This document shows positions 29,013 through 41,389 of a stretch of DNA of 64,000 nt, piece after piece. Both the position numbers and the translations under genes were made by a program. The stretch is from the NCBI RefSeq assembly GCF_053078305.1, contig NZ_CP166879.1. The stretch is one strand, 5' to 3'. The notes under the pieces are model-generated. The model was not told the DNA's origin. It searched no databases and saw only the letters and a list, made by a program, of their open reading frames with translations. Positions within the stretch are counted from its first letter, which is position 1. Each line of letters starts with the position of its first letter.

Positions 29013-29338
29013 AAACCTTTCGCTGGAAAGTGAAGCCGGATATGGAGGTGAACTCGCAGCCGTCGGTGCGTGAAGTGCGTTTTGGTGACGGGTACTCACA
29101 GCGTATGGCGGCAGGGCTGAATGCTGACCTGAAAACATACCGGGTGATGCTTTCCGTGACCCGGGAGGAGGCCCGGCATCTGGAAGCGTTCCTGGCAGAG
29201 CACGGGGGCTGGAAGGCATTTTTGTGGAAGCCACCCTATGCATACCGGCAGATAAAGGTGACCTGTGCCGGGTGGTCTGCGCGGGTCGGGATGCTGCGCG
29301 TTGAGTTCAGCGCGGAGTTTAAGCAGGTGGTGAACTGA
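29009..29338 (+). CDS. M: Minor tail protein M
   Basis: 109 aa, lambda position. Confidence 0.85.
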   Translation: MKTFRWKVKPDMEVNSQPSVREVRFGDGYSQRMAAGLNADLKTYRVMLSVTREEARHLEAFLAEHGGWKAFLWKPPYAYRQIKVTCAGWSARVGMLRVEFSAEFKQVVN

Positions 29339-30036
29339 TGCAGGATATTCACGAAGAAACTCTTAACGAGTCGGTTAAGTCAGAGCAGTCACCGCGGGTG
29401 GTGCTCTGGGAAATCGACCTGACGGCGCAGGGCGGTGAGCGGTATTTTTTCTGCAATGAGCTGAATGAAAAAGGGGAGCCGGTGACCTGGCAGGGGCGTG
29501 AATATCAGGCGTACCCGATTGAGGGCAGCGGCTTTGAGATGAACGGAAAGGGCAGCAGTGCCCGCCCGTCGCTGACAGTGTCCAATCTTTTTGGGCTGGT
29601 CACCGGGATGGCGGAGGATTTGCAGAGCCTGGTGGGTGCCACGGTGGTCCGCCGCCGGGTGTATGCGCGTTTTCTGGATGCGGTGAATTTTGTGGCAGGC
29701 AATCCGGAGGCAGACCCTGAGCAGGAGCTGATGGACCGGTGGGTGGTGGAGCAGATGTCAGCGCTGACGGCCATGACGGCCTCGTTTGTGCTGGCGACAC
29801 CGACGGAGACGGACGGTGCGCTGTTTCCCGGTCGCATCATGCTGGCGAACACCTGTATGTGGGATTACCGGGGCGATGAATGCGGGTATAACGGTCCGGC
29901 AGTGGCGGATGAGTTCGACAACCCCACCACGGATATCCGGAAGGACAGATGCAGTAAATGCATGCGCGGGTGTGAGATGCGCGGCATGGTGGCTAATTTC
30001 GGCGGTTTCCTTTCCATTAATAAACTTTCGCAGTAA
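29338..30036 (+). CDS. L: Minor tail protein L
   Basis: 232 aa, lambda position. Confidence 0.85.
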   Translation: MQDIHEETLNESVKSEQSPRVVLWEIDLTAQGGERYFFCNELNEKGEPVTWQGREYQAYPIEGSGFEMNGKGSSARPSLTVSNLFGLVTGMAEDLQSLVGATVVRRRVYARFLDAVNFVAGNPEADPEQELMDRWVVEQMSALTAMTASFVLATPTETDGALFPGRIMLANTCMWDYRGDECGYNGPAVADEFDNPTTDIRKDRCSKCMRGCEMRGMVANFGGFLSINKLSQ

Positions 30037-30046
30037 ATCCCGTTTT

Positions 30047-30790
30047 ATGACACAGACTGAATCAGCGATTCTGGCGCATGCCCGGCGGTGTGCGCCAGCG
30101 GAGTCGTGCGGCTTCGTGATAAGCACCCCGGAGGGCGAACGGTACCAGCCCTGCGTGAATATCTCCGCAGAGCCGGAGGCGTATTTTCGTATTGCACCGG
30201 AAGACTGGCTGCGGGCAGATATGCAGGGGGAGATTGTGGCGCTGGTCCACAGTCATCCCGGTGGTCTGCCCTGGCTGAGCGAGGCGGACCGGCGGCTGCA
30301 GATAAAGAGTGCCCTGCCCTGGTGGCTGGTCTGCCGGGGCGACATTCACCGGTTCCGCTGTGTGCCGCACCTGACCGGACGGCGCTTTGAACACGGTGTG
30401 ACGGACTGTTACAGCCTGTTCCGGGATGCATACCATCTGGCGGGGATAACGCTGCCGGATTTTGTGCGTGAGGATGACTGGTGGCGCAACGGCCAGAACC
30501 TGTACCTGGACAACCTGGCGGACAACGGCTTTTACCGGGTGTCTCCGTCCTGTGCACAGGCGGGCGATATCCTGCTGTGCTGCTTTGGTTCATCGGTGCC
30601 GAATCATGCCGCCATTTACTGTGGCAACGGTGAACTGCTTCACCATATACCTGAACAACTGAGTAAACGGGAGAGGTATTCTGAAAAATGGCAACGACGA
30701 ACGCATTCTGTCTGGCGTCACCGCCACTGGTCCGTATCTGCCTTCACGGGGATTTACAACGATTTGGTCGCCGCATCAGCCTGTATGTGA
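30047..30790 (+). CDS. K: Tail assembly protein K
   Basis: ATG at 30047 (MTQTESAILAHARRC...), 247 aa. Confidence 0.8.
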   Translation: MTQTESAILAHARRCAPAESCGFVISTPEGERYQPCVNISAEPEAYFRIAPEDWLRADMQGEIVALVHSHPGGLPWLSEADRRLQIKSALPWWLVCRGDIHRFRCVPHLTGRRFEHGVTDCYSLFRDAYHLAGITLPDFVREDDWWRNGQNLYLDNLADNGFYRVSPSCAQAGDILLCCFGSSVPNHAAIYCGNGELLHHIPEQLSKRERYSEKWQRRTHSVWRHRHWSVSAFTGIYNDLVAASACM

Positions 30791-31368
30791 ACACGGCAGC
30801 GGAGGCCATACGTGCCCTGTCACTGCAGGTGCCGGGATTCCGCGGTCAGATGAACGAAGGCTGGTACCGGATACGTATTGCCGGTGAGGATACCGCGCCG
30901 GAGGCGGTGTATGCCCGTCTTCACGAACAACTGGGTGAGGGAGCGGTCATCCACATTGTACCGCGACTGGCCGGAGCCGGGGGAAATGGTGTTTTTCAGG
31001 TGGTGCTGGGGGCAGCAGCCATCGTGGGCTCTTTCTTCACAGCCGGTGCAACGATGGCGTTGTGGGGCGCAGCCCTGAGTGCCGGAGGGCTGACTGCCAC
31101 CACGATGCTGTTCTCACTGGGTGCCAGCATGATACTGGGTGGTGTGGCTCAGATGCTGGCCCCGAAGGCAAAGACGCCGGAGTACAAAAGTACGGATAAC
31201 GGTAAACAGAACACGTATTTTTCGTCACTGGACAACATGATTGCCCAGGGTAACCCGATGCCGGTACCTTACGGTGAAATGCTGGTTGGTTCACGACGGA
31301 TATCCCAGGACATTAGCACCCGTGATGAGGGCGGAGACGGGAAAGTGGTGGTTATCGGACGGGGATAA
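30688..31368 (+). CDS. I: Tail assembly protein I
   Basis: 226 aa, overlaps the K 3' end as in lambda. Confidence 0.8.
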   Translation: MATTNAFCLASPPLVRICLHGDLQRFGRRISLYVNTAAEAIRALSLQVPGFRGQMNEGWYRIRIAGEDTAPEAVYARLHEQLGEGAVIHIVPRLAGAGGNGVFQVVLGAAAIVGSFFTAGATMALWGAALSAGGLTATTMLFSLGASMILGGVAQMLAPKAKTPEYKSTDNGKQNTYFSSLDNMIAQGNPMPVPYGEMLVGSRRISQDISTRDEGGDGKVVVIGRG

Positions 31369-31609
31369 AAATAAAAAAATCCCGCAGAGTTAGTGGAGCT
31401 GCGGGAAATAACGATGAAGATTAATGTTATGGAGTTATTTTTTTGGGCAGAAAAACAGTAACGCAGCGTCATTATAGCGGCTACAGGCAATTGCCGGAAA
31501 TGTGAAGAATTTCAGAAATTTTATTCCGTCATGACACAGGCACCCTCCGGGGTGCCTGTTGTTTTTGGGCATAAACAGATTCAGACATCAGACAGGAGAG
31601 GGGGACAGA

Positions 31610-34600
31610 GTGGGTAAAGGGGGCGGCAAGGGGCACACACCGCGTGAGGCGAAGGACAATCTCAAATCCACGCAGATGATGAGCGTGATTGATGCCATTG
31701 GTGAGGGACCGGTGGAAGGTCCGGTGAAGGGACTGCAGAGTATTCTGGTGAACAAAACCCCGCTGACGGACACGGACGGTAATCCCGTGATACACGGTGT
31801 GACCGCCGTCTGGCGCGCCGGGGAGCAGGAGCAGACACCGCCGGAAGGCTTTGAGTCCTCCGGGGCAGAAACCGCACTGGGCGTGGAGGTGACGAAGGCA
31901 AAGCCGGTGACGCGCACCATCACGTCAGCGAACATTGACCGTCTGCGGGTCACCTTCGGGGTGCAGTCACTGGTGGAGACCACCTCAAAGGGTGACCGTA
32001 ATCCCTCTTCTGTCCGCCTGCTGATTCAGCTTGAGCGTAACGGGCACTGGGTGACGGAGAAGGATATCACCATTAACGGCAAGACCACCTCGCAGTACCT
32101 GACGTCTGTGATTCTGAATAATCTCCCTGAGCGCCCCTTTAACATCCGGATGGTCAGGGAGACGGCGGACAGCACCACGGACCAGCTGCAGAACAGAACG
32201 CTGTGGTCGTCATACACCGAAATCATCGATGTGAAACAGTGCTACCCGAACACGGCCATTGTGGGGCTGCAGGTGGATGCGGAGCAGTTTGGTGGCCAGC
32301 AGCTGACGGTGAACTACCATATCCGTGGTCGCATCATTCAGGTGCCGTCAAACTATGACCCGGAAAAACGCACCTACAGCGGTATCTGGGACGGGAGTCT
32401 GAAACCGGCATACAGCAATAACCCGGCCTGGTGCCTGTGGGACATGCTGACCCACCCGCGCTACGGCATGGGAAAACGCCTGGGGGCCGCGGATGTGGAC
32501 AAGTGGGCACTGTATGCCATCGGGCAGTACTGCGACCAGACGGTCCCGGATGGTTTCGGGGGAACAGAGCCGCGGATGACTTTCAATGCGTACCTGTCAC
32601 AGCAGCGTAAGGTGTGGGATGTCCTGGGGGATTTCTGCTCGGCGATGCGCTGTATGCCGGTATGGAACGGCCAGACGCTGACGTTCGTTCAGGACCGTCC
32701 GTCGGATGTGGTGTGGCCGTACACCAACAGCGATGTGGTGGTGGATGATAACGGCGTGGGGTTCCGCTACAGCTTCAGTGCCCTGAAGGACCGGCACACG
32801 GCGGTGGAGGTGAATTACACCGACCCGCAGAACGGCTGGCAGACCTCCACGGAACTGGTGGAAGACCCGGACGCCATCCTGCGCTACGGACGCAACCTGC
32901 TGAAGATGGATGCGTTTGGCTGTACCAGCCGCGGTCAGGCCCACCGTGCCGGACTGTGGGTGATAAAGACCGAACTGCTGGAAACGCAGACGGTGGATTT
33001 CACGCTCGGGTCACAGGGGCTGCGGCATACGCCCGGTGACATCATTGAAATCTGTGATAACGACTATGCCGGGACCCTGACCGGCGGACGCATCCTGTCC
33101 ATTGATGCCGCCAGCCGCACACTGACGCTGGACCGTGAGGTGACACTGCCGGAAGCAGGGACATCGACGGTGAACCTGATTAACGGCAGCGGTAAGCCGG
33201 TGCGCGTGGACATCACTGCACACCCCGCGCCGGACCGGATACAGGTCAGCGCCCTGCCGGATGGCGTGGAGACATACGGTGTGTGGGGACTCTCCCTGCC
33301 GTCACTGCGTCGTCGCCTGTTCCGCTGTGTTTCCATCCGGGAAAACACGGACGGCACTTTTGCCATCACGGCAGTGCAGCACGTACCGGAAAAAGAAGCC
33401 ATTGTGGATAACGGGGCTCGCTTTGAGCCGCTGTCCGGTTCACTGAACAGCGTTATCCCGCCGGCAGTGCAGCACCTCACGGTGGAGGTGAGTGCCTCAG
33501 ACGGCCAGTATCTGGCGCTGGCGAAATGGGACACGCCGCGGGTGGTGAAGGGCGTGCGCTTCAGTCTGCGCCTGACCAGCGGAAACGGTGAAAACAGCCG
33601 CCTGGTGACCACCGCCATCACTGCCGACACGGAGCACCGTTTCAGTGGCCTGCCTCTGGGGGAATACACCCTGACGGTCAGGGCGATAAACAGCTACGGC
33701 CAGCAGGGCGAACCTGCCACCACCGCGTTCCGGATTAATGCGCCTGCAGCACCGGCCAGCATTGAGCTGACGCCGGGGTATTATCAGATAACAGCAGTAC
33801 CGGTGCTGGCGGTGTATGACCCGACGGTACAGTTTGAGTTCTGGTTCTCGGAGGCAAAAATCGCAGACACATCTCAGGTGGAAACCTCTGCCCGTTATCT
33901 GGGGACAGGCAGCCAGTGGAGCGTCTCCGGCCCGCACATCAAGCCGGGGAAGGATTTCTGGTTTTATGTGCGCAGCGTTAACCTGGTGGGGAAATCTGCG
34001 TTTGTGGAAGCCAGTGGCCGGGCGAGCAATGATGCAGAAGGGTATCTGGGGCTGTTTCGGGAAAAGATAGGAAAACTGCATCTGGCACAGGGGATGTGGG
34101 AGCTGATTGATAACAGCCAGCTTGACAATGAGATGGCGGAGATGAAGACCACCATCACCGAAACCCGCAATGAAATCACGCAGACGGTCAGTAAAACCCT
34201 GGAAGACCAGAGCGCCACCATACAGCAGATACAGCGGGTGCAGACAGACACAAATAACGACCTGGCTGCGCTGTACATGCTGAAGGTGCAGAAAACAAAA
34301 AACGGCATTCCGTATGTTGCCGGTATAGGTGCGGGGATTGAGGATGCTGATGGCCAGCCCCTGAGCAATATTCTGCTGCAGGCGGACCGTATCGCGATGA
34401 TTAACCCGGAGAACGGCAACACCACGCCGCTGTTTGTGGCGCAGGGGAATCAGCTGTTCATGAACGATGTGTTCCTGAAGCGGTTGTTTGCAGTGAGCAT
34501 CACCTCGTCCGGCAATCCCCCGACGTTTTCCCTGACGCCGGACGGGAAACTGACGGCCCGCAATGCTGATATCAGCGGACATATCAGTGCGAACTCGGGC

Positions 34601-35077
34601 ACGCTGAATAATGTCGTGATAGCGGAGAACTGTACGATAAATGGCACGCTGAAAGCGGAGAACATTATTGGTGATCTTGTGAAATGTGCAGGGGTGGCTT
34701 TTCCGGTGGATGGTAGTTACCTTGCGAACGGTACACGAACGCTGACGGTATATGACGATCACAGCTTTGACCGGCAGATTATAATCCCGCCGATAATCTA
34801 TGTCGGGTCAAAACAGGAATCCCGTACCAGTAATGACATCTGGACAGAGTGCTTCCTGCATGTTGATCAGAACGGACGCCGGATTTATTCAGGCAGGTCA
34901 GTGACAGAGCCGGGAATTTTCAGCGGGATCATCGATATGCCAGCCGGAGGTGGTCATATCACCCTGAGTTTTACCGTAAGTTCACGACGTCAGAACGGGA
35001 GTTTTGGCAGTTCACGTATCAGTAACCTTCAGGCGATAGTGGTGAAGAAAAACAGCGCGGGGATCAGTATCCGCTGA
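31610..35077 (+). CDS. J: Tail tip / host specificity protein J
   Basis: GTG start (GTG GGT AAA GGG...) after SD AGGAGAGGGGG; 1155 aa with strong lambda-J similarity and a divergent C-terminal receptor-binding region. Confidence 0.9.
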   Translation: MGKGGGKGHTPREAKDNLKSTQMMSVIDAIGEGPVEGPVKGLQSILVNKTPLTDTDGNPVIHGVTAVWRAGEQEQTPPEGFESSGAETALGVEVTKAKPVTRTITSANIDRLRVTFGVQSLVETTSKGDRNPSSVRLLIQLERNGHWVTEKDITINGKTTSQYLTSVILNNLPERPFNIRMVRETADSTTDQLQNRTLWSSYTEIIDVKQCYPNTAIVGLQVDAEQFGGQQLTVNYHIRGRIIQVPSNYDPEKRTYSGIWDGSLKPAYSNNPAWCLWDMLTHPRYGMGKRLGAADVDKWALYAIGQYCDQTVPDGFGGTEPRMTFNAYLSQQRKVWDVLGDFCSAMRCMPVWNGQTLTFVQDRPSDVVWPYTNSDVVVDDNGVGFRYSFSALKDRHTAVEVNYTDPQNGWQTSTELVEDPDAILRYGRNLLKMDAFGCTSRGQAHRAGLWVIKTELLETQTVDFTLGSQGLRHTPGDIIEICDNDYAGTLTGGRILSIDAASRTLTLDREVTLPEAGTSTVNLINGSGKPVRVDITAHPAPDRIQVSALPDGVETYGVWGLSLPSLRRRLFRCVSIRENTDGTFAITAVQHVPEKEAIVDNGARFEPLSGSLNSVIPPAVQHLTVEVSASDGQYLALAKWDTPRVVKGVRFSLRLTSGNGENSRLVTTAITADTEHRFSGLPLGEYTLTVRAINSYGQQGEPATTAFRINAPAAPASIELTPGYYQITAVPVLAVYDPTVQFEFWFSEAKIADTSQVETSARYLGTGSQWSVSGPHIKPGKDFWFYVRSVNLVGKSAFVEASGRASNDAEGYLGLFREKIGKLHLAQGMWELIDNSQLDNEMAEMKTTITETRNEITQTVSKTLEDQSATIQQIQRVQTDTNNDLAALYMLKVQKTKNGIPYVAGIGAGIEDADGQPLSNILLQADRIAMINPENGNTTPLFVAQGNQLFMNDVFLKRLFAVSITSSGNPPTFSLTPDGKLTARNADISGHISANSGTLNNVVIAENCTINGTLKAENIIGDLVKCAGVAFPVDGSYLANGTRTLTVYDDHSFDRQIIIPPIIYVGSKQESRTSNDIWTECFLHVDQNGRRIYSGRSVTEPGIFSGIIDMPAGGGHITLSFTVSSRRQNGSFGSSRISNLQAIVVKKNSAGISIR

Positions 35078-35275
35078 ACATCGCGCCCCGGGATTGCCGG
35101 AAGGAGACAAAAACCGTACAGTATGCGCGGGTGCCTTTGGCTGATGGCCGGAGGGAACACCTGAAGGCCGGAAAGACGAAGGCCCCGGACAAACATTCAT
35201 GTTTAACCCGAGGCCTGACTTTCGATCTTCAGCAAATTGAAGGTTAGCGCCTCTCCGTAAAAGGAGCAAGCGTTT

Positions 35276-35416
35276 ATGTCGCAAAAACCGTTAAAAACCA
35301 CCGTGATTTGTACCACGGTAGTGCTCATTATCTGGATCACCCACACTTCACTGTGCGAGTTCCGGTTCCGGATAGCGGGCGCGGAGATTGCGGCGTTCTT
35401 ACAGTGTAAGCAGTAA
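35276..35416 (+). CDS. Hok/Gef-family type I toxin-like small membrane protein, 46 aa, in the lom position
   Basis: MSQKPLKTTVICTTVVLIIWITHTSLCEFRFRIAGAEIAAFLQCKQ carries the Hok signature (TM helix, then SLCE-x-R-x-R...E-I/V-AAF...C); SD AAGGAG 9 nt upstream. Confidence 0.6.
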   Translation: MSQKPLKTTVICTTVVLIIWITHTSLCEFRFRIAGAEIAAFLQCKQ

Positions 35417-35513
35417 GAAACCGTGGCGTGGGAGAATATCCCCCGCCGACCGGTTGCTGAGGGTGGTCAGCCGGATGGCACCGTTTTAACACCAACAAAC
35501 CACAAATATTACC

Positions 35514-35547
35514 GCAGGCCGGGAAACCGGTACTGCGGTTTTTTTAT
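35514..35547 (+). terminator. Rho-independent terminator downstream of the hok-like gene
   Basis: CCGCAG...CTGCGG stem followed by TTTTTTT. Confidence 0.55.
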
Positions 35548-35558
35548 GGGGGAAATCC

Positions 35559-37292
35559 ATGACAGTCAGAATATCGGGTGTGCTGAAGGATGGTACGGGA
35601 AAAGCGGTACCGGGATGCACGATAGAGCTGAAAGCGCGCCGCACAACGGAGACGGTGATTGTCACCACGGTGGCGTATGGTCAGCCGGGGGAAACCGGCA
35701 GTTACAGTATGGATGTTGAGCCGGGGTTGTACCGGGTGACGCTGAACACGGAAGGGTACGCGCCGTCATATGTGGGTGACATTCTGGTGAAGGCGGATTC
35801 TGCACCGGGAACGCTGAATAAATTTCTGATGGACCTGGAAGACGCACAGTATTACCCGAAAGCCCTTGCAGAGCTGGAAGCGGTGGCAGCGGAAATCCTG
35901 AAGCGTGCAGAAGCGTCAGCGGCCAGTGCAGAGGAAGCGAAGAAACGGGCAGAGAATGCGCGGGGACCGAAGGGGGATAAGGGAGACACCGGGCCACAGG
36001 GGATTCCCGGGCCAAAAGGCGATACCGGCGAGCGGGGGCCAAAGGGTGAGCGTGGTGAGACAGGGCCACAGGGGCTTCAGGGTGTGAAAGGTGAACGGGG
36101 AGAGAAGGGCGAAAAAGGCGAGCCGGGAGGGCCGGATGCGACGACGGCACAGAAGGGAATTGTGCAGTTAAGCAGCGCAACGGACAGTGATGATGAAACG
36201 AAGGCAGCCACGCCGAAAGCGGTGAAAGCGGCAATGGACAAAGCGGACGGATGCCTGGAGAAAGCGAAAAACGGTGACGATATCCCGGATAAGGTGAAGT
36301 TTCTGAACACCGTGGGAGCAGCCAGAGTATACGGGCGGGACATTCATACGGGGGCCGGTGAATGGACCACGAGTGAGTTTGTCGCCTGGCTGAAAGAAAA
36401 AGGGGCATTTGACCAGCCTTACTGGATGATGAAGGCATCACTGCTTGCGTCAATGAATAAAGTCATCACAGATGTCGGACCGGGAAAACTCAATCTGGGT
36501 GGCTGTGTCATTGAGGTGATGGGAACGTATGAGGCTGCCATAGTCCGGGTCACCATTGGCGAATACGGTGCAACGGGGTTTATTAATGGCACGGTCTGTA
36601 CCTGTACGGTTTACGGCGACACACAGTATTTCCACTGGCGGGTGGATTACAGCACAAAAAACAAACCGGATACGGTCAGCCAGCGGGATGCCAGTACGAC
36701 GCAGAAAGGTGTGGTGCAGTTAAGCAGTGATACTGGCAGTAATGACGAAACAAAGGCAGCCACGCCGAAGGCCGTGAAGGCGGCAATGGATGTGGCAAAT
36801 GAAGCGAAAACAAAGGCAGAAGAGGCTGCAGCAGGAGGTGGTGTTCCCGGTCCGAAAGGAGAGAAAGGTGACCCCGGAGCACAGGGTCCGAAAGGTGAAA
36901 CGGGAGCAACAGGCCCCGCTGGTCCGCGGGGAGCGCAGGGACCGAAAGGGGAGAAAGGCGACCCCGGTCCCAGAGGTGAGCGTGGAGAAACCGGGCCGAT
37001 GGGGCCGCCGGGGGCATCAGGAGATGACGGGAAGAGTCGTGTCATGGGCTTCAGGCTGGGGAATCCGGTAACGTATGAGTTGCAGGAGGGGGACCATGGC
37101 TGGTCAGTTAATCTGGCTGATGGTTCAGTCATTACAGGGCTTTCGGGGAACACTCAGGGCGGCGTCAGCCGTGTTACAACGATTTACTACAGGCCGCTGC
37201 AGATGACGTTTGATGGCTCTCACTGGCGCACCGTTGGTGTTGGTGAGTATGTGTCGTCAGGAGCGCCGGGGCGTGAGTATTTTTCATTATAA
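35559..37292 (+). CDS. stf: Side tail fibre protein with two collagen-like Gly-X-Y tracts
   Basis: 577 aa; [37 protein letters not shown] and a second GXY run. Confidence 0.85.
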   Translation: MTVRISGVLKDGTGKAVPGCTIELKARRTTETVIVTTVAYGQPGETGSYSMDVEPGLYRVTLNTEGYAPSYVGDILVKADSAPGTLNKFLMDLEDAQYYPKALAELEAVAAEILKRAEASAASAEEAKKRAENARGPKGDKGDTGPQGIPGPKGDTGERGPKGERGETGPQGLQGVKGERGEKGEKGEPGGPDATTAQKGIVQLSSATDSDDETKAATPKAVKAAMDKADGCLEKAKNGDDIPDKVKFLNTVGAARVYGRDIHTGAGEWTTSEFVAWLKEKGAFDQPYWMMKASLLASMNKVITDVGPGKLNLGGCVIEVMGTYEAAIVRVTIGEYGATGFINGTVCTCTVYGDTQYFHWRVDYSTKNKPDTVSQRDASTTQKGVVQLSSDTGSNDETKAATPKAVKAAMDVANEAKTKAEEAAAGGGVPGPKGEKGDPGAQGPKGETGATGPAGPRGAQGPKGEKGDPGPRGERGETGPMGPPGASGDDGKSRVMGFRLGNPVTYELQEGDHGWSVNLADGSVITGLSGNTQGGVSRVTTIYYRPLQMTFDGSHWRTVGVGEYVSSGAPGREYFSL

Positions 37293-37333
37293 AGCGCATC
37301 ACTTGTCAGACATGTAACCGGGAGGACTTACAG

Positions 37334-38005
37334 ATGCACATAAAGAATTTCAGACAATACACGCCGGAAAATCCGGATGTGCCGGGTGCGATGTACCTGA
37401 AATCAGAGGATGGTCAGGACTGGTATGAGTGTCAGTCGTTATTTTCAGCAGAGACGCTGAAGGTGGTTTATAACAGTGCCGGGGTCATTACCGGCATCAG
37501 CAGGGTGGCATCAGTTCTGTGGCCTGTGAATCAGAGTGTGGTGGAGGTGGCGGATACGGAAGAAAACCGCAAAGCTGACATCTCCGGGCGCTGGGGTTTT
37601 GACGGGGAGAAAATCACGGACCTGCTGACCGCGGAGAAAGCGCGAGGGATGAAGGGCGATGAAATTAACGCCTGGCGTAATGCGATGGAAGCGGCGAACT
37701 ACACGTTTGAGCACAATGGGCGTAAATGGGACTACGGGAAGTCAACGCAGACGCGTCTTGAGCCGTCGGTGGCGGCAGCGAAAGCGGGGAAACTGCCGGA
37801 GGCGTTTTTCTGGACGGATGCGGAAAACAATGATGTGCCGGTGACAGCAGACGAGCTTATTGCGCTGAGTGAAGCGGCAGAGCAGGCGATGTTTACCAAA
37901 GGGATGGAAATCCACGTCCGGCAGCGCACCATGAAGAAAGAGCTGGAAAAGCTGACCAGTGAGGATGAGATACTGGCATACAGGGTTGGCTGGGCACAGG
38001 AATAA
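37334..38005 (+). CDS. tfa: Tail fibre assembly protein
   Basis: 223 aa, lambda Tfa-like, immediately after stf. Confidence 0.8.
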   Translation: MHIKNFRQYTPENPDVPGAMYLKSEDGQDWYECQSLFSAETLKVVYNSAGVITGISRVASVLWPVNQSVVEVADTEENRKADISGRWGFDGEKITDLLTAEKARGMKGDEINAWRNAMEAANYTFEHNGRKWDYGKSTQTRLEPSVAAAKAGKLPEAFFWTDAENNDVPVTADELIALSEAAEQAMFTKGMEIHVRQRTMKKELEKLTSEDEILAYRVGWAQE

Positions 38006-38317
38006 CAGACAAAAAGATGGGGGACCATCACCTCCCCCATGAACTGCGTTGACTATGTAATTATTGTGAAGAGACCTTACCTACACAGATAAAGAGTGCC
38101 ACGGAAAAGTTAATTCCGGAAGTGATGGAGCTCTCATTTTTGCGTGCTTTTTGTTCATGGGATTTACATGGGGCATCTTGGGGCATATATGGGACAAAAG
38201 AAGTCCTCAGATAAACAGAGAAATCGAGTTCAGGATTCTTATTGAAAAATGTAATTATCTGAAAAAACTTAGAAAACGCAAATAAGGCCACAGAATGTTA
38301 GAAAACATCTATGAATT

Positions 38318-39601
38318 ATGGATTTCCAGTTATATTCGCTCGGCGCAGCGTTAGTGTTTCATGAAATATTTTTTCCTGAATCATCAACGGCAATGGCGTT
38401 AATTTTGGCAATGGGAACCTACGGTGCAGGTTATGTGGCGCGTATTGTCGGAGCATTTATTTTCGGCAAAATGGGCGACAGAATAGGGCGTAAAAAAGTG
38501 CTCTTTATTACCATCACCATGATGGGGATCTGTACCACCTTAATTGGTGTGTTACCGACCTATGCACAGATTGGTGTTTTTGCCCCCATCTTGCTGGTGA
38601 CGCTGCGTATTATTCAGGGGTTGGGTGCAGGTGCGGAAATTTCCGGTGCCGGTACGATGCTGGCGGAATATGCGCCAAAAGGTAAGCGCGGAATTATCTC
38701 CTCATTTGTAGCTATGGGAACTAACTGCGGAACCTTGAGCGCAACGGCAATCTGGGCCTTTATGTTCTTCATTCTCAGTAAAGAGGAACTGCTGGCGTGG
38801 GGATGGCGTATACCGTTCCTGGCGAGCGTTGTCGTGATGGTCTTTGCTATCTGGTTGCGTATGAATCTGAAAGAAAGCCCGGTCTTTGAGAAGGTTAACG
38901 ACAGCAACCAACCGACAGCAAAACCTGCACCTGCTGGTAGCATGTTCCAGAGCAAATCCTTCTGGCTGGCAACAGGGCTGCGTTTTGGTCAGGCAGGTAA
39001 CTCCGGGTTAATTCAGACTTTCCTTGCAGGCTATTTAGTACAGACGTTATTGTTTAACAAAGCAATTCCAACAGATGCATTGATGATCAGTTCGATTCTC
39101 GGCTTTATGACCATTCCGTTCCTTGGTTGGTTATCCGATAAAATTGGTCGCCGGATCCCGTATATTATTATGAATACCTCTGCGATTGTGCTGGCATGGC
39201 CAATGCTTTCTATCATCGTAGATAAAAGCTATGCCCCGAGCACCATTATGGTTGCACTGATTGTGATTCATAACTGTGCGGTGCTGGGATTATTTGCTCT
39301 GGAAAACATTACCATGGCAGAAATGTTCGGCTGTAAAAACCGCTTTACCCGGATGGCTATTTCTAAAGAAATTGGTGGTCTTATCGCTTCCGGTTTTGGT
39401 CCTATCCTTGCGGGTATTTTCTGCACCATGACGGAATCCTGGTATCCGATCGCCATTATGATCATGGCATATTCAGTGATTGGTTTAATCTCTGCGCTGA
39501 AAATGCCAGAAGTGAAAGACCGTGATTTAAGTGCGCTGGAAGACGCTGCGGAGGATCAACCGCGTGTTGTAAGAGCTGCGCAACCTTCCAGAAGTCTGTA
39601 A
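38318..39601 (+). pseudogene. ydfJ: MFS (MHS-family) transporter, 5'-truncated at the prophage junction
   Basis: 427-aa ORF begins inside the first transmembrane region with no N-terminal motif; prophage tail genes lie directly upstream. Confidence 0.7.
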
Positions 39602-39689
39602 ATCCTCAATCCCTTCTCTTACCGGAGAGGGGATTTTTATTCATATAACAAAACATGTAGCTTGCCATATTTAAATTTAAGGAATTGTT

Positions 39690-41150
39690 ATGGGAAATAA
39701 TTTGTTATCAGCAAAAGCGACACTCCCTGTTTATGATCGTTATAACCTGGCCCCAAGAATTGTTCATTTAGGCTTTGGTGCATTTCACCGTGCGCATCAG
39801 GGCGTGTATGCCGATATTCTTGCTACAGAACATTTCAGTGACTGGGGATATTATGAGGTCAACTTAATCGGCGGCGAACAGCAAATTGCCGATTTACAAC
39901 AGCAAGATAATCTTTATACCGTTGCGGAAATGTCGGCCGATGCGTGGACGGCTCGCGTCGTTGGCGTCGTTAAAAAAGCCTTGCACGTACAGATAGATGG
40001 CTTAGAAACCGTGTTGGCTGCGATGTGTGAACCGCAAATCGCGATTGTCTCTCTGACAATCACCGAAAAAGGGTATTTCCACTCTCCGGCGACCGGACAG
40101 TTAATGCTCGATCACCCGATGGTCGTTGCCGATGTACAAAATCCCCACCAGCCGAAAACTGCAACAGGGGTGATAGTCGAGGCGCTGGCTCGCCGTAAAG
40201 CGGCAGGACTTCCCGCATTTACCGTCATGTCATGTGACAACATGCCAGAAAACGGTCATGTTATGCGTGACGTTGTCACTTCCTACGCGCAAGCTGTTGA
40301 TGTAAAATTGGCACAATGGATCGAAGAAAACGTGACTTTCCCATCAACAATGGTGGACCGTATTGTGCCCGCAGTGACAGAGGATACGCTGGCGAAAATC
40401 GAACAACTTACCGGTGTGCGCGATCCTGCGGGCGTTGCCTGTGAACCTTTCCGCCAGTGGGTTATCGAAGATAACTTTGTTGCCGGACGTCCGGAATGGG
40501 AAAAAGCGGGAGCCGAACTGGTTAGTGATGTGCTGCCTTATGAAGAGATGAAGTTGCGCATGCTCAACGGCAGTCATTCATTCCTGGCGTATTTGGGTTA
40601 TCTTGCTGGATATCAGCACATTAATGACTGTATGGAAGATGAACATTATCGTTATGCGGCGTATGGCTTGATGTTGCAGGAACAAGCGCCGACGCTGAAA
40701 GTGCAGGGCGTTGATTTGCAAGATTACGCTAACCGATTAATTGAACGCTATAGCAACCCGGCGTTACGTCATCGAACCTGGCAGATTGCGATGGATGGCA
40801 GCCAGAAATTGCCACAGCGGATGTTGGATTCTGTTCGCTGGCATCTGGCGCATGACAGCAAGTTCGATCTGCTGGCGCTGGGCGTCGCGGGTTGGATGCG
40901 TTATGTCGGTGGTGTTGATGAACAGGGAAATCCGATAGAAATCAGTGACCCACTGTTACCTGTTATTCAGAAGGCTGTACAAAGTAGTGCCGAAGGGAAA
41001 GCGCGCGTCCAGTCATTGCTGGCGATTAAGGCAATCTTTGGTGATGATTTGCCAGACAATTGCTTGTTTACTGCAAAAGTGACGGAAGCGTACTTGTCTT
41101 TATTAGCGCATGGCGCGAAAGCGACCGTGGCGAAATATTCCGTGAAGTAA
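39690..41150 (+). CDS. ydfI: Mannitol-dehydrogenase-family oxidoreductase
   Basis: 486 aa, mannitol dehydrogenase family; synteny with ydfJ/ydfH. Confidence 0.8.
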   Translation: MGNNLLSAKATLPVYDRYNLAPRIVHLGFGAFHRAHQGVYADILATEHFSDWGYYEVNLIGGEQQIADLQQQDNLYTVAEMSADAWTARVVGVVKKALHVQIDGLETVLAAMCEPQIAIVSLTITEKGYFHSPATGQLMLDHPMVVADVQNPHQPKTATGVIVEALARRKAAGLPAFTVMSCDNMPENGHVMRDVVTSYAQAVDVKLAQWIEENVTFPSTMVDRIVPAVTEDTLAKIEQLTGVRDPAGVACEPFRQWVIEDNFVAGRPEWEKAGAELVSDVLPYEEMKLRMLNGSHSFLAYLGYLAGYQHINDCMEDEHYRYAAYGLMLQEQAPTLKVQGVDLQDYANRLIERYSNPALRHRTWQIAMDGSQKLPQRMLDSVRWHLAHDSKFDLLALGVAGWMRYVGGVDEQGNPIEISDPLLPVIQKAVQSSAEGKARVQSLLAIKAIFGDDLPDNCLFTAKVTEAYLSLLAHGAKATVAKYSVK

Positions 41151-41185
41151 AAAAAGCAATGCCGCCATCGGCGGCATTCACACGC

Positions 41186-41389
41186 TTAGTTCATGCCGAG
41201 ACGAATCAGGTCCAGTGGTGCCAGTTTCTCTTCACAACCTTCAACAACTACGGTTTTTCCGCGGCGGATTTGCTCAGCGGTCAGACCTTCAGTATCAATC
41301 GACAGGATCTTGCCAGTGTGACCGGTGCCGCTAACCATAACACGGCTGCCAGTGGTGATTGCGTTACGGTTACGATCGTAGGTCGTCAT
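41186..41389 (-). CDS. ydfZ: Small conserved protein
   Basis: 67-aa ORF in the expected position between ydfI and ydfH. Confidence 0.65.

Larger units (their letters stand above)
24296..38300. mobile_element. Lambdoid (Qin-like) prophage remnant: tail module Z'-U-V-G-T-H-M-L-K-I-J-hok-stf-tfa
   Basis: Lambda gene order and close protein similarity (U, H and J especially) to lambda as recalled. Right boundary lies somewhere in 38006-38317. Confidence 0.85.

Noticed and set aside
33497-34762. 421-aa minus-strand ORF
   Set aside because: Lies entirely antisense within the J gene, His/Arg-rich low-complexity translation; an artefact of high GC content.
38061-38291. 76-aa minus-strand ORF at the prophage-chromosome junction
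   Set aside because: AT-rich junction region, no SD; likely non-coding.
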